A stretch of DNA of 62,827 bases, filler included, from Sandaracinaceae bacterium (GCA_947483975.1; 7 parts of 7 records of this genome joined end to end with filler, not necessarily neighbours in it), one strand, 5' to 3'; positions 28,932 to 39,292 are shown, counted from the whole stretch's first letter. Program-made: numbers and translations. The notes: generated from the letters alone by a model not told the origin.

Positions 28932-29446
28932 GCGCGGGCCCGCTCATCTGGGTGACGGGCCTTCCGTCCTCTGGAAAGTCGACGTTCGCCCGCGCCGTTC
29001 AGGTCGCGCTGCGGAGCACCGGGCACCCCGCCGTCGTCGTGCTCGACGGGGACGAGGTGCGCCACGCGCTGCGCCCTGAGCCGGGCTACGACGACGCCGC
29101 CCGCGACGCGTTCTACGACACGCTCGCGCGCCTCGCGGTGTTGGTCGCGGCGCAAGGGCAGGTCGTGCTCGTCCCGGCGACGGCGCATCGACGCGCGTTT
29201 CGAGAGCGCGCGCGGAGGCTCGCGCCGGGGCGCTTCCTCGAGGTCTACGTCGACACTCCAGAGAGCGAGTGTCGACGCCGCGACGCGAAGGGCCTGTATG
29301 CGCGCGCCGAGCGCGACGGCAGCGGGAGCCTGCCCGGCGTCGGCGTGCCCTTCGAGCCGCCGCTCGCGCCCGCGCTGACCGTGTTTCCAGCCGATCACGA
29401 CGCCGTCGCGCGGCTGGTCGCGCTCGTGCTGGCGCTCGGGGCATAG
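28928..29446 (+). CDS. cysC: Adenylyl-sulfate kinase-like protein
   Basis: WVTGLPSSGKST P-loop, LDGDEVR, RDAKGLY, PGV..PFEPP. GTGA overlap with the upstream gene. Confidence 0.8.
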   Translation: MSAGPLIWVTGLPSSGKSTFARAVQVALRSTGHPAVVVLDGDEVRHALRPEPGYDDAARDAFYDTLARLAVLVAAQGQVVLVPATAHRRAFRERARRLAPGRFLEVYVDTPESECRRRDAKGLYARAERDGSGSLPGVGVPFEPPLAPALTVFPADHDAVARLVALVLALGA

Positions 29447-29481
29447 CGCCAGCACGCCCGCCGTTTCGCTCAGCCCGGCGC

Positions 29482-30195
29482 TCAGCCCGCGCCGCTCGGG
29501 AGCCCGGCGAGCGCCATGCGGAGCCCACCCTCGTCGTAGTTCTGATCGGCGAGCTTGCCCGCCTTGAAGTCGATGTACGCCTGCACGTCGAAGTGCCCAT
29601 GGCCCGACAGGTTGAAGAGGATCGCGCGCTTCGTGCCTTCCTGCTTGCACACGAGCGCCTCATCGACCGCGCAGCCGATCGAGATGTCCGGGTATTCGCT
29701 GGCCATCTCCATCTGTGGCATCGCCTCGATGCCGAGGATCGTCTGGTGCGTGAGCACGTGATTGAGCACGCTGCCGAGCATGGACTTGGTGTCGTCGCTC
29801 TTGGCGGCGACCTCGACCACCTCTGAGATCGCGAGCCCCAGGCTGCCGGGGGAGTCGGGAAACTTCGCGAGGATCGCGCGCCCCGCCTCGGTCTCGTTCG
29901 ACGGACTCGCGACGCACTCCGCGCCGAAGGCCTCCATCCGCTCTCGTCGACAAGGCCTCCAGTGGAAGCTGACCTTCACCACGAAGACCTTTGACGCCAG
30001 CCTCTTTGTTGTAGAAGGTCTGCGGTACGGCGGTGTTCGGCTCGTGACCGCCGGATAGACTGCCACCCTCGTATTTGTAATAAATGTGCGCTGGCGTATC
30101 GAGCGCCCTCTCGAGGCGACGCGCGCGCATCAGCGGCGCGGGGCGCCACTGCTTGTAGACCTCCCGCACCGGCTTGGGAGTCTCGATCTCCCGGT
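29482..30195 (-). pseudogene. trpB2: Decayed TrpB2 (TrpB-like PLP enzyme) pseudogene
   Basis: Recognisable segments WRP.PL.RARRLE.ALDTPAHIYYKYEG, PGSLGLAISE, LGSVLNHV..HQT and ILFNLSGHGHFD are split over two frames, with deletions and HKPN changed to HEPN. Confidence 0.85.
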
Positions 30196-30235
30196 GTTGA
30201 CGGCATTCACTCAGCGGAGCGACTGCCCTCGATCC

Positions 30236-32311
30236 TCACCTCGCCGGACAGATCAGATGGCCGCTCCCGACCTGAAACCCGTTGTCCCAGTAGCTGTAGG
30301 AGACCTGCCCACCGCTCGCGCCCGGCGTCGCGTAGAGGGTCACCGACCCTGCGCTGATAGCGTCACTCGTGGGGCGGAGTTGCTGCGGGGCGGCGTCGAC
30401 CGGGAGGCCATCGGCCTCCGACACGCGCACCGCGTAGACCGCAGAGTTCGGCGCGCTCACGCCCGAACCTGCCCACGCGACGACGAAGCCGCCGCGCGCG
30501 TTCGGGGCGACCGGTGCGCCCGAGTTGCGCGCCCAGCCAGCCAGGACGAACGGATGGTCCGCGCCCGCGTAGAGGACCGCCGGATAGCCGCCCGGCGCCA
30601 TCCCACTCGAGAGCTGCACGGGCGCCGTCGCCGTCGCGCTGGCCGGCGTCATCGGGTCGAACCGGACGAGCGAGAACCACACGCTCTCGCCGCCAGCGTT
30701 CGTGCAGTCCTCCATCCACGTGACGCCGAGGTCGTACGTCGTCCCGTGCACCGCGCCGACCGCGATGCTCACATCGTCGGCGCGGCCGCCGGTCGGAAGC
30801 TCGAGGAACGGCGCTTCAGGCCCGAACGCGGCAGTGCTTCGGCGAACATAGGCCGGCGCCGGGCCGCCGCCGTCTGGAAGGAGCGCGTCGAACGGGACCG
30901 GGCGCGCGAGCAGGCCGACGAAGTGCAGCGCCAGCGGCGTCGTGGCCTCGGTCGTCGCCTCGGGGTACCCGACCACCCAGCCGAGCTCGCCCACGGCCGC
31001 GACCGCAGGCGCCCCGCCGCCGTTCGTCTCGCCGAAGGTCTCGGGGTGCCCGTCGTTGCTGCCCGTCACCCATGCCCTGATGACCCCGGGCCCCTCCTCG
31101 CGAAACAGTCCGAGCCCCTGCACGGGGACGGCGACGGCGTCGCCGCAGCGGTCGCGCCAGCGCGCGTCCCCGAGGTACACGGTGAGGGCCTGCGGGCTGC
31201 CGTCCACGCTGAGCGCTGCGACCGCGGGCCGGGTCGCGCCCCCCACGCCACGCTCGGCGCCGGAGCACGACAACGGGCCCGTGACGCCTCCGCCGTCGAC
31301 CGGCACCAGCAGCGCGCCGACGTCGACGCCGAGCCAGACGTTCGAGCGCGCCTCGGGCCCGAACGTCGCCAAGTGTCCCCTGGTGTCGAGCCAGCCGACG
31401 CGCAGGCGCCCCGCAGAGCAGCCGTCGAGGTCGACGCCGACCGCGAACGCGCCGTCGCCGCCGATCGGCGAGATCGCGACTTCGTGCAGCTTGGCCTCGC
31501 TCACTTCGACGTCTTCGCGCGCCGGTGGCACGCAGCGCTCCGACGCGCACACCCAGCCGCAGTCCTCGTCGATTCGACAGGGGTACGCAAACCCACCGTC
31601 GACGCTTCCGCAGGTTCCCTGAACCCAGAACCCACCGTCCGGCGGCTCGGGCACTCGCTCACACACCGGCTGCGGGCACTCCGCGCTGTCCGCGCAGGTC
31701 GGCCCGGAGAGCCAGGCGACCTTGCGCCTGGCGGCCAGCGGCTGAATGCCGTCCGCGACCAGCTTGGTCCAGCCTGCGACGTCGTTCGCGTCGACGACCA
31801 AGGGCAACGCCGGCTGGAGCACGCCCTCGGCAGTTCGCGCGAACGTGAACGTCGTGTTCGTGTCCCGGTACGCGCCGCTGCCCTCCGTGCCCCAGGTCAG
31901 CTCCGCCGCGCCCGTCGTCTCGAACTCGATGCTCGGCGGGGAGGCGCCGAGGTTGCCGTCGTCGATGACGAGGTCGCAGTCGTTGTCGAGTCCGTCGCAG
32001 ACCTCTGCGTGCCCTTCGAAGATGGACGGCCGCGAGTCGTCGCAGTCGTCGCCGCTCGGGCACATCGCCGAGATGTGCCCGTCGTCGTCCGCGTCGAGCG
32101 GACGGTAGACGCACGTCCCCGGATTCCCGACGCCGCCCGTGCACTGGTAGCGCCTACAGCCGGTGATCAGCTTTTCGCCGGGCGTCGCGTTGAGCGCCGC
32201 ACACTCGTCGTCGGTCGTGCATGCGGGGAGCGGCACGTCCTGGACGAGAAGCGAGCAGCCCGACAGCGCTGCGAGGAGGAGGACCGTCAGCCCGAGGTCG
32301 GTGCGCGCCAT
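30236..32311 (-). CDS. Cys-rich lipoprotein with putative metal-binding motif
   Basis: Lipobox LSGC; DADDDGH..C..GDDCDD..EVCDGLDNDCD. Confidence 0.7.
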   Translation of the reverse strand: MARTDLGLTVLLLAALSGCSLLVQDVPLPACTTDDECAALNATPGEKLITGCRRYQCTGGVGNPGTCVYRPLDADDDGHISAMCPSGDDCDDSRPSIFEGHAEVCDGLDNDCDLVIDDGNLGASPPSIEFETTGAAELTWGTEGSGAYRDTNTTFTFARTAEGVLQPALPLVVDANDVAGWTKLVADGIQPLAARRKVAWLSGPTCADSAECPQPVCERVPEPPDGGFWVQGTCGSVDGGFAYPCRIDEDCGWVCASERCVPPAREDVEVSEAKLHEVAISPIGGDGAFAVGVDLDGCSAGRLRVGWLDTRGHLATFGPEARSNVWLGVDVGALLVPVDGGGVTGPLSCSGAERGVGGATRPAVAALSVDGSPQALTVYLGDARWRDRCGDAVAVPVQGLGLFREEGPGVIRAWVTGSNDGHPETFGETNGGGAPAVAAVGELGWVVGYPEATTEATTPLALHFVGLLARPVPFDALLPDGGGPAPAYVRRSTAAFGPEAPFLELPTGGRADDVSIAVGAVHGTTYDLGVTWMEDCTNAGGESVWFSLVRFDPMTPASATATAPVQLSSGMAPGGYPAVLYAGADHPFVLAGWARNSGAPVAPNARGGFVVAWAGSGVSAPNSAVYAVRVSEADGLPVDAAPQQLRPTSDAISAGSVTLYATPGASGGQVSYSYWDNGFQVGSGHLICPAR

Positions 32312-32347
32312 CGCCGCCGAGGCTATCACGGGCCCAGTTTTCTAGGG

Positions 32348-33643
32348 TCAGCGCGTCGCCGCGCGCCCGCGCGCGACCACCGTGCCGACCTCCCAGAGCA
32401 GCACACAGCCCGTCGCCGCGAGCCCGACGCCGAGCCCGCGCCACGCGAGCGACGAGTCGAGCGCGATCGCCGCGAGGGCCGCGACGAGCGTGCTCGCGTG
32501 CACCGTGAAGCCCACCGCGATCGGCCGCTGCGGCAGCAGCTCACGCACCGAGGGCATCGGCCGCGACCCGACGTGCGGCGCGCACCAGTGCAGCCACACG
32601 AGGAACGGCACGATGCGCGTCAGCATCCCGTGCACGAGCGCGCCCGCCCACCCAAACAGCACGAGCGTCCCGTAGACGAGCGGCAGCTTCGGCGAGTCGA
32701 ACGCCGCGGACGCCGCGCCCGCCGCGAGGCAGAGCGGCGCGACGCCCATCGCGAGCCACCAGAACCAGAGCGTCGCGTCCTTGCGCCGCCGCGCGCGCTT
32801 GCGCAGCGCCGTCAGCGTCCACGCCGGGTGCGCGAGCCACACCGCGAGGGCGCCCGGCAGCGCGAGCCACACGACCGTCGAGGGCTCCACGTCGACGAAG
32901 AGCGCCGTGAAGAGGCCGACGAGCGACGCCGCGACGCCGCCGAGCGTCACCCACGGGAGCGCGCGCGGAGGCGCGGGCGCGAGGAAGAACATCGGCACCA
33001 CCTGCCACGACACCGCCGTCAGCAGCCCGCCGATCCACGCGAGAAAGCCGAGGTGCGCGTGCGCGATCCGCAGCGTCAGCCAGCCCGTCGGCGACGCGAG
33101 CACGCCCGGCGTCGGCGCACCCGAGCGGATCCAGGCGAGCCGCAGCCCCGCGAACACGACCGCCGTCAGCCCGAGGACCGCGACGCGCAGCCCCCACACC
33201 GTCGGCCCCTCCGCGCGGCTCCGCGCGAGCGCGACGCCCGTCGGCGTGAGAAAGAGCAGCAGCCCCGCGAGCAGCGCCGCGACGGCCCAAGTGAACGCCC
33301 CTACGGGCCCGCCGCTCTGCCCGACGATGAGCGCCGCCGCGCCCGCGAGCAGCAGCGCGTGCACGCCGTGCGCGAGCCGTGTCCCGGGCACCGCCGCTCC
33401 CCCGACCGTCGGCAGCATCTGATAGAGCGCGCCGACCATCACGAAGAGCAGCAAGCCGACGGCGCCGAGGTGCGCCGCGGCGAGCGCCGTATTGCCCCAC
33501 ATCGACGCGAGTCCTTCGCTCCCGCGCACGGCGATGAGGACGCCCGCTGCGATCAGCGCGAACGGCGCGGTGAAGAAGAACGCGAGCGGCACCGAGAGCG
33601 GCGGCCCCTGCTCGGGTCGCACGCTCGCCATCGAGAACGTCAT
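32348..33643 (-). CDS. Polytopic membrane protein with conserved His (NnrS / heme-copper oxidase subunit I-like fold)
   Basis: About 12 hydrophobic segments; AHLGAVG..GALYQMLP, AHAHLG..W, GMLTRIVPFLVW.H. Confidence 0.65.
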   Translation of the reverse strand: MTFSMASVRPEQGPPLSVPLAFFFTAPFALIAAGVLIAVRGSEGLASMWGNTALAAAHLGAVGLLLFVMVGALYQMLPTVGGAAVPGTRLAHGVHALLLAGAAALIVGQSGGPVGAFTWAVAALLAGLLLFLTPTGVALARSRAEGPTVWGLRVAVLGLTAVVFAGLRLAWIRSGAPTPGVLASPTGWLTLRIAHAHLGFLAWIGGLLTAVSWQVVPMFFLAPAPPRALPWVTLGGVAASLVGLFTALFVDVEPSTVVWLALPGALAVWLAHPAWTLTALRKRARRRKDATLWFWWLAMGVAPLCLAAGAASAAFDSPKLPLVYGTLVLFGWAGALVHGMLTRIVPFLVWLHWCAPHVGSRPMPSVRELLPQRPIAVGFTVHASTLVAALAAIALDSSLAWRGLGVGLAATGCVLLWEVGTVVARGRAATR

Positions 33644-33888
33644 CTCGCTCGACCTCTTATCCACAGGAGCGCGGTGCCGTCCGGGCAAAGGCCGACTCGC
33701 CACTCGAGGCCACGCGCCTCGAGCTGCGGGTAGAGCGGCCTCGGCGCGTGTGGCAGGCGCGCGCAGTAGACGACCTCCGCCGTCAGCCCCGCGCACGCGA
33801 GCAGAATCCGCAGCATCGGCTCGGGCGGTTCGAGCCCGGTGAGGTCCTCGACCGGCAGCGCGCGGGCGAGCCAGTCGTCCTCCGGCAT
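33640..33888 (-). CDS. DUF2249 (TusA/SirA-like) domain protein
   Basis: DLTGLEPPEPM.RIL...P.PLYPQL..RG. Its stop overlaps the downstream start. Confidence 0.75.
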   Translation of the reverse strand: MPEDDWLARALPVEDLTGLEPPEPMLRILLACAGLTAEVVYCARLPHAPRPLYPQLEARGLEWRVGLCPDGTALLWIRGRAR

Positions 33889-33977
33889 CGGCGTCGCGTT
33901 GTTCGCTTGCTCACTCGGCCGAGGTGCTCGCGTCACGCGCGCCATGCTATCAGCACCGCTTCCTCCAGGAGTTTGAA

Positions 33978-34430
33978 ATGGCCAATCTCGACGCGGGCGC
34001 TCAAGAGTATTTCGCTACCGATCACCGCGAGTGCGACACCGTGTGGGCCGAGCTCGAGTCCGCGGCCAGCAATCCCCCGAGGCAGGCCGCGCTCTGGAAG
34101 AGCTTCGAAGCGAGGATGCTGCGCCACTTCTCGATGGAGGAGGAGGTCCTCTTCCCCGCGATCGAGAGCGCGACCGGGATGCGCGGCGGGCCAGTCGCCG
34201 TGATGCTCCACGAGCACGAGCAGATGCGCGGAATGCTCACCGAGATGGCGCGCCGCGCCTCGACGGGTGACTTCGAGGGCGTGCTCGACCAGGGCGACAC
34301 GCTCCTGATGATGATCCAACAGCACAACAGCAAAGAGGAGGGCATCCTCTACCCGATCGCCGAGCGCGCGCTCTCCGCGTCTTGGCCAGCGCTCGCCGAG
34401 CGGCTCCGCGCCTACCCCGTCGCCGGCTGA
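33978..34430 (+). CDS. Hemerythrin/HHE cation-binding domain protein
   Basis: AGGAG RBS; DHRECD, HFSMEEEVLFP, EHEQMR, HNSKEEGILYP. Confidence 0.9.
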   Translation: MANLDAGAQEYFATDHRECDTVWAELESAASNPPRQAALWKSFEARMLRHFSMEEEVLFPAIESATGMRGGPVAVMLHEHEQMRGMLTEMARRASTGDFEGVLDQGDTLLMMIQQHNSKEEGILYPIAERALSASWPALAERLRAYPVAG

Positions 34431-34475
34431 AGAGCTACCGCTCTCGAGGCTGTCGCAGCTCGATGCGCGCAGGGC

Positions 34476-35261
34476 TCAGCGAAGCTTCACGCCCGCGTGC
34501 AGCAGCGACTGAAAGCGCGTCGTCGTCATCGCGAGGAATGGCCGCGCGTCCGCGAGCCCTAGCTCCCGCAGGCGCGTCGCCATCGGGTGCTTCGAGCCGC
34601 CGACGCGCAGCCTGACCGAGCCCGGCGGGCGCAGCCTCACGCGCCCGCGCACGTCGATGTTCGTGCGCACGAGCGCGCCTTCGAGGCGCGAGTACGTCAC
34701 GAGCGAGAGCGGCGGCGCAGGCACCCCGCGCCCGAAGCAGCCCGCGAGCCGACAGATCTCTCCGGCACCGCTCGGGTCCTCCACCGCGGTGTCCACCTTG
34801 CACCCGTCGAGGCAGAACCGGATCGGCGTGACGAACTTCGGATAGCCCCAGAGCTCGCGCCCCGCGGCGTTGGCGGCGGCGGTCGTCACCGGCAGATCGA
34901 CGACGTAGGTGCCGACGCGCCGCGCGCCCGGCTCACGCAGCAGCTCCGCGAACGCGAGAGGTCCACGCGAGGCGCCCGCGGGCGCGCAGAAGATCGCGGT
35001 GCCGACCTCGTTGTAGACGCCCACCGTCGTGCGTCGGTATTCGTAGAACGAGAGCCCGACGACGCCGTTCAGCGGTCCGGCGAGCACAGGCTCGAGCCCG
35101 GTGTCCGCGAGCGCCGCGCGCAGCCCCGCGAGGCGCGCCGCGAACAACACGATCACGTTGCTGACGTCGTAGTAGAAGATCGGCAGCTCGACGGGCCCCT
35201 CCGAGGTCTGGCGGGTCGTGCGCGGAACGTCGAAGAAGCGATCGGCGGCGAACGGGTTCAT
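34476..35261 (-). CDS. Acetoacetate decarboxylase family protein
   Basis: VGVYNEV, DLPVT..A..AGRELWGYPK. Confidence 0.8.
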   Translation of the reverse strand: MNPFAADRFFDVPRTTRQTSEGPVELPIFYYDVSNVIVLFAARLAGLRAALADTGLEPVLAGPLNGVVGLSFYEYRRTTVGVYNEVGTAIFCAPAGASRGPLAFAELLREPGARRVGTYVVDLPVTTAAANAAGRELWGYPKFVTPIRFCLDGCKVDTAVEDPSGAGEICRLAGCFGRGVPAPPLSLVTYSRLEGALVRTNIDVRGRVRLRPPGSVRLRVGGSKHPMATRLRELGLADARPFLAMTTTRFQSLLHAGVKLR

Positions 35262-36411
35262 GGCGTGGGTCCCTTCGATGGCGCGCGCATCGTCGCGAGC
35301 AGCTGCTCTTGCAGATCTTCGATCACGGACAGTCGGTTGAGCTCGTTGGTCCCCTCGAAGATCTGCGTGAGGCGCGCGTCCCGGTAGATCTTCTCGACCC
35401 GCTCATGATGCAACAGCGCGTGATTTCCGAGGAGGTCCATCGCGCGCGTGCACACGGAGAGCGCCGTGTCCGTGCAATGGAACTTCGCCGCCGACGCCTC
35501 GCGCTGGAGCGCCTGCCGACGGCTCGCCGCGGCCCACACCATCGCCCGCGCCGCGGCCGTGTCGGCCAGCATCCCGGCGAGCTCGAGCTGCACGTCTTGA
35601 TAGTCGACGAGCGCGCGCCCGCCGAGCGTCGTCCGGCAACAGAACTCGATCGCCGCGTCCGTCGCCGCGCGGGCGAAGCCGACGCCCATCGCGGCCACGG
35701 GGATGCGCGACATATTGAGCACCGCGCGGTTCAGCGCCCAGCCGTTGCGCAGCCCGCCGAGGACGTGCTCGTCCGACACGAACACGTCGTCGAACTCGAG
35801 CTCCGCCGCGCTCGACGCGCGCATTCCCAGCTTCTTCTCGGTGCGCGTCACGCGAAAGCCCACCGCGCCTTTGGGCACGTAGAACGCCGTCCAAGACCGC
35901 ATATCCTCGCCTGCGAGCGCGGCGAAGACGACGACGCCGACCGCGAGATCGCCGCCGCTGATGAAGCACTTGCGCCCGCTCAGCCGCCAGCCGCCCGGCG
36001 CGCGCGTCGCCGTCGTGCCGGGGCGCGCCGTCGCGGCGCCGTGTCCGTCCTCGACGTCGGAGCCCGCCGCGGGCTCGGTGATCGCGAAGGCGAGCAGCTG
36101 CGGCTCTCCGCGCGCGCAGGCGCGAAACGCCGGCAGCACGAAGCGTCGGAGCGCGCCGAGGTCCCCCGCGAGCAAGAGCGGCGCGACGCCGAGCGCGTGC
36201 GCGCTGAGCAGCAACATCAGCCCGCCATCGACCGCCGCGAGCTCCTCGGTCTTCAGCGCGGCGGGGAAGTAGAGCGGCTCTGCGAGCAGCCGCGGAGCCG
36301 CGGAGCCGAACGGCCGCGGCAAGAGGTCGTCGAGCAGCCCCTCGCGCGCCGCCGCGCGCAGCACCTCCATCGCCTCCGCGCCCGGCTCGCCCGGCGGTCC
36401 GTGCGGGCGCG
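35258..36411 (-). CDS. Acyl-CoA dehydrogenase, 5'-truncated
   Basis: FAITEPAAGSDV, LSGRKCFISGG, KLGMRAS, YRDARLTQIFEGTNE. Confidence 0.9.
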
Positions 36412-36511
36412 NNNNNNNNNNNNNNNNNNNNNNNNNNNNNNNNNNNNNNNNNNNNTTAATTAATTAANNNNNNNNNNNNNNNNNNNNNNNNNNNNNNNNN
36501 NNNNNNNNNNN
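36412..36511. other. Artificial contig spacer
   Basis: N44-TTAATTAATTAA-N44. Confidence 0.99.
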
Positions 36512-37737
36512 AACAGCACGGCAGTCGGGCGCGCGAAGGTGGTATTTCCAGGCGTCGTGTTGGCCTGTCGCGCGAGGAACGCCGCGAGGTGCCGGGTGAC
36601 CGCCGCGTCCTGCGCGTAGGGCAAGCCGAGCTGCGTGAGCCCCGCGCGCGGGCGCTGCGCAGGGCGCGCGCTCGCCTCGACCTTCGGGAAGAAGCCGTCG
36701 AGCACGACGCGCGTCACCTCGGCGCGCGTCAGCTCGGTGCGCAGGGAGCTCGCGACGAGCTTCGAGCCGCGGCTCGGCACGACGACCGGCACACTCTCTG
36801 GCGCGTCCTCCGAGAGCAGCGTCTCCTTGGCTGAACGACAGCCGTGCGCGAGCGCGACCAACTGCCAAGCGTCGAGCGACTTGCCCTCGGCCTCGAGCTT
36901 CTGTCGCACGAGGTGCGCGAGCGCGAGGTCCATGTTGTCGCCGCCGAGCAGGATGTGCTCGCCGACCGCGACGCGCTCGAGCGCGAGCGAGCCGCCGCTC
37001 TCGCGCACGGAGATGAGCGAGAAGTCCGTCGTGCCGCCGCCGACGTCGACGACGAGGATCACGTCGCCGACCGAGACGTCTCGGCGCCACGCGCCCTCGC
37101 TCCGGGCGATCCACGCGTAGAGCGCCGCCTGCGGCTCCTCGAGCAGCACGACGCGCTCGAGCCCCGCGCGCATGGCGGCCTCTGCGGTCAGCTCGCGCGC
37201 CGCCGGATCGAACGACGCCGGCACGGCGAGCGTGACCTCCTGCTGCGCGAGGGGCGCGTCCGGATGATCGCGATCCCACGCGCTGCGCAGGTGTCCGAGG
37301 TAGGCCACCGTCGCCTCGAGCGGCGAGATGCGCTGCACCTCCGCCGGCGCGTCGACGGGCAACACGGCGCCACGCCGATCGATGCCGCTGTGGCAGAGCC
37401 AGCTCTTGGCGCTCGCGACGAGGCGTCCGGGCGCCTTCGCGCCCTGCGTGCGCGCGAATTCGCCCACGATGTAGGGGTTCGCCGTCGCCTCGGTCCAGGG
37501 GAGAGTGCGGTCCGCGTCGGTGAACTCGCTCGCGTGCGGGAGGTAGAGGAACGACGGCAGCAGCGCCCGCGCGTCGACCTGTCCGGGCGCGACGAGCTGC
37601 GGGAGCTCTTGATCCCAGCTCGCGATCGCGTCGCCCTCCGAGAGGTCGGCGTCGACGTACGAGAGCGCGGAGTGCGTCGTGCCCAGATCGATGCCGACGA
37701 CGTAGCTCGAGGGGGCGTGCTCGTCTGCTCCGCTCAC
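36512..37737 (-). CDS. Hsp70 family protein (non-canonical DnaK-like), 3'-truncated
   Basis: GIDLGTT, VPASF, LEEPQAA, DVGGGTTD, LGGDNMD. Confidence 0.9.
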
Positions 37738-38309
37738 AGCTCGACCTCCGCCGGCGCGAGCACGCTGACGTCGTGTCCCTCGGCGATCTGCGGGAGGCGC
37801 ACGTTCTGCGCGCGCCAGCCCCGATGCCGCAGCGTGCCAGTGAACGGCGGCTCCCCGCGCACATTGCCCGTCACGCGCACGCCCAGCGAGGCGAAGCCGG
37901 CGTCGACCGTCACGCGCGACTCCTCGTCTTCGCTGCGCACCGCGCTGAGCTCGAGGTGCTCTTTGAGCGCGCGCGCGCAGCCGTCGTGCACGACCCGCGC
38001 GGCGGCGCCGATCTCCGCGTCGCTCGCCGCAGAGACGTCCTCCTGCACGAAGTCGATGAACCTACCTTCGCGCTGCAAGAGCGCGAGGAGCTGAAGCGCG
38101 GCGTCGGTCGGGGCCTCGCGGAGCCGCGGTGGAGGCGAGGCCTTCGGCAACTGCGGATTCGAGAGCTGGAGCGCGGGCACGTCGGGCGCGTGCGCTTCGC
38201 CGCGCGCAGCCTCGACGCGCGCCGCGAACACGCCGTCGAAGAGGATCTTGAAGAACGCGATGTACGCGAGCACGAAGCGAGAAACGAAGGAGAGAGACTG
38301 CTCGGCCAC
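37734..38309 (-). CDS. DUF2760 domain protein
   Basis: ALQLLALLQREGRFIDF..E, IGAAARVVH.GC, G.PPF.GTL.HRGW, PAEVEL. Overlaps the Hsp70 start. Confidence 0.85.
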   Translation of the reverse strand: MAEQSLSFVSRFVLAYIAFFKILFDGVFAARVEAARGEAHAPDVPALQLSNPQLPKASPPPRLREAPTDAALQLLALLQREGRFIDFVQEDVSAASDAEIGAAARVVHDGCARALKEHLELSAVRSEDEESRVTVDAGFASLGVRVTGNVRGEPPFTGTLRHRGWRAQNVRLPQIAEGHDVSVLAPAEVEL

Positions 38310-38375
38310 GTGTCGACCTCTGGGTAGGGGCGGAGCTTTACCAAACCCCAAGCGTCCGCGCGAGGTACGCGCTGC

Positions 38376-38744
38376 TCACCACTGGAAGTGGCTCAAAGCG
38401 AGCCAAACGAGCGCGCCACCCACGGACAGGAACGCGACGAGCACTTTGCCCCCCGGCGTGCGCTGCATCGGGGCCCACTGCACGAACGCGAGCGCGAGGA
38501 ACGCGATCAGCGAATACGGAAAGCCCGCAGGTCGCAGGTCGCGCTGCGCGGTGGTCACGTAGCAGACGACGACGACCACGAGCACGAGGACCGCGGCGAT
38601 GCGCGGCGTCCAGTCGCTGAGGTTCGCGCGCGGCGCGCTCTCGTAGCGGCGCTCGGGCGGATAATACGGCTCGTCGCGGCGCGGCGCGTCGGGCTCCCGT
38701 CGAGGCTCGCGCGGGGCAGGCGGCGGCGGCTCGAACTCGGCCAT
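38376..38744 (-). CDS. Small hypothetical membrane protein (3 TM)
   Basis: TGATG coupling to the GNAT gene, Pro-rich N-terminus, three hydrophobic segments. Confidence 0.6.
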   Translation of the reverse strand: MAEFEPPPPAPREPRREPDAPRRDEPYYPPERRYESAPRANLSDWTPRIAAVLVLVVVVVCYVTTAQRDLRPAGFPYSLIAFLALAFVQWAPMQRTPGGKVLVAFLSVGGALVWLALSHFQW

Positions 38745-39292
38745 CAGCGCGTCGCCTTCCACTCGCGGTCGACCATGCCGAGCGCGTCGATGTCCCAGAA
38801 CGTCCCTTTGACGAAGAGGTGCTCGTAGAGGCGCCCTTCGTGGCGCAGCCCGGCCTTCTCGAGCACGCGCCTCGAGGCGACGTTCTGCACATGGCAGTGC
38901 GCGTAGACCTTGTGCAGATGGAGCGTGCCGAACGCGTGCCCGAGCACCGCACGCAGCGCTTCGCTCATCACGCCGCGCCCCCAGAATGGGCGCGCGAGCA
39001 CGTAGCCGACCTCCGCGCGCGCGTGCGCGGGCTCGTGAGAGCCGTAGCCGATCGAGCCGACGACCCGCCCGCTCAACTTGTCCACGATGCCCCAGGAGGG
39101 CAGCTCGCCGCGCGCGTACTGACCGACGACCCACTCGAGAAAGCGCCGCGAGTCCTCGCGAGTCGCGTGCTTGTCCCAGAGCACGAAGCGCGCGACCTCC
39201 CCGTCCGAGGCGTACGCGAACACGTCCTCGAGGTCGCTCGCCCGAAATGCCCGCAGCACGAGGCGCGTCGTCTCGAGGACGGGCGGCGACAC
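38744..39292 (-). CDS. GNAT N-acetyltransferase (RimJ/RimL family)
   Basis: LETTRLVLR, AEVGY.L...WGRG.MSEA, N.AS.RVLEK.G...EG. Confidence 0.9.
   Translation of the reverse strand: MSPPVLETTRLVLRAFRASDLEDVFAYASDGEVARFVLWDKHATREDSRRFLEWVVGQYARGELPSWGIVDKLSGRVVGSIGYGSHEPAHARAEVGYVLARPFWGRGVMSEALRAVLGHAFGTLHLHKVYAHCHVQNVASRRVLEKAGLRHEGRLYEHLFVKGTFWDIDALGMVDREWKATR

Noticed and set aside
30086..33733. 1215-aa plus-strand ORF and similar long antisense ORFs (e.g. 6779..8803, 19841..22138, 56712..59387)
   Set aside because: These are low-complexity Arg/Ala-rich shadows of well-supported opposite-strand genes, as expected in very high-GC DNA.
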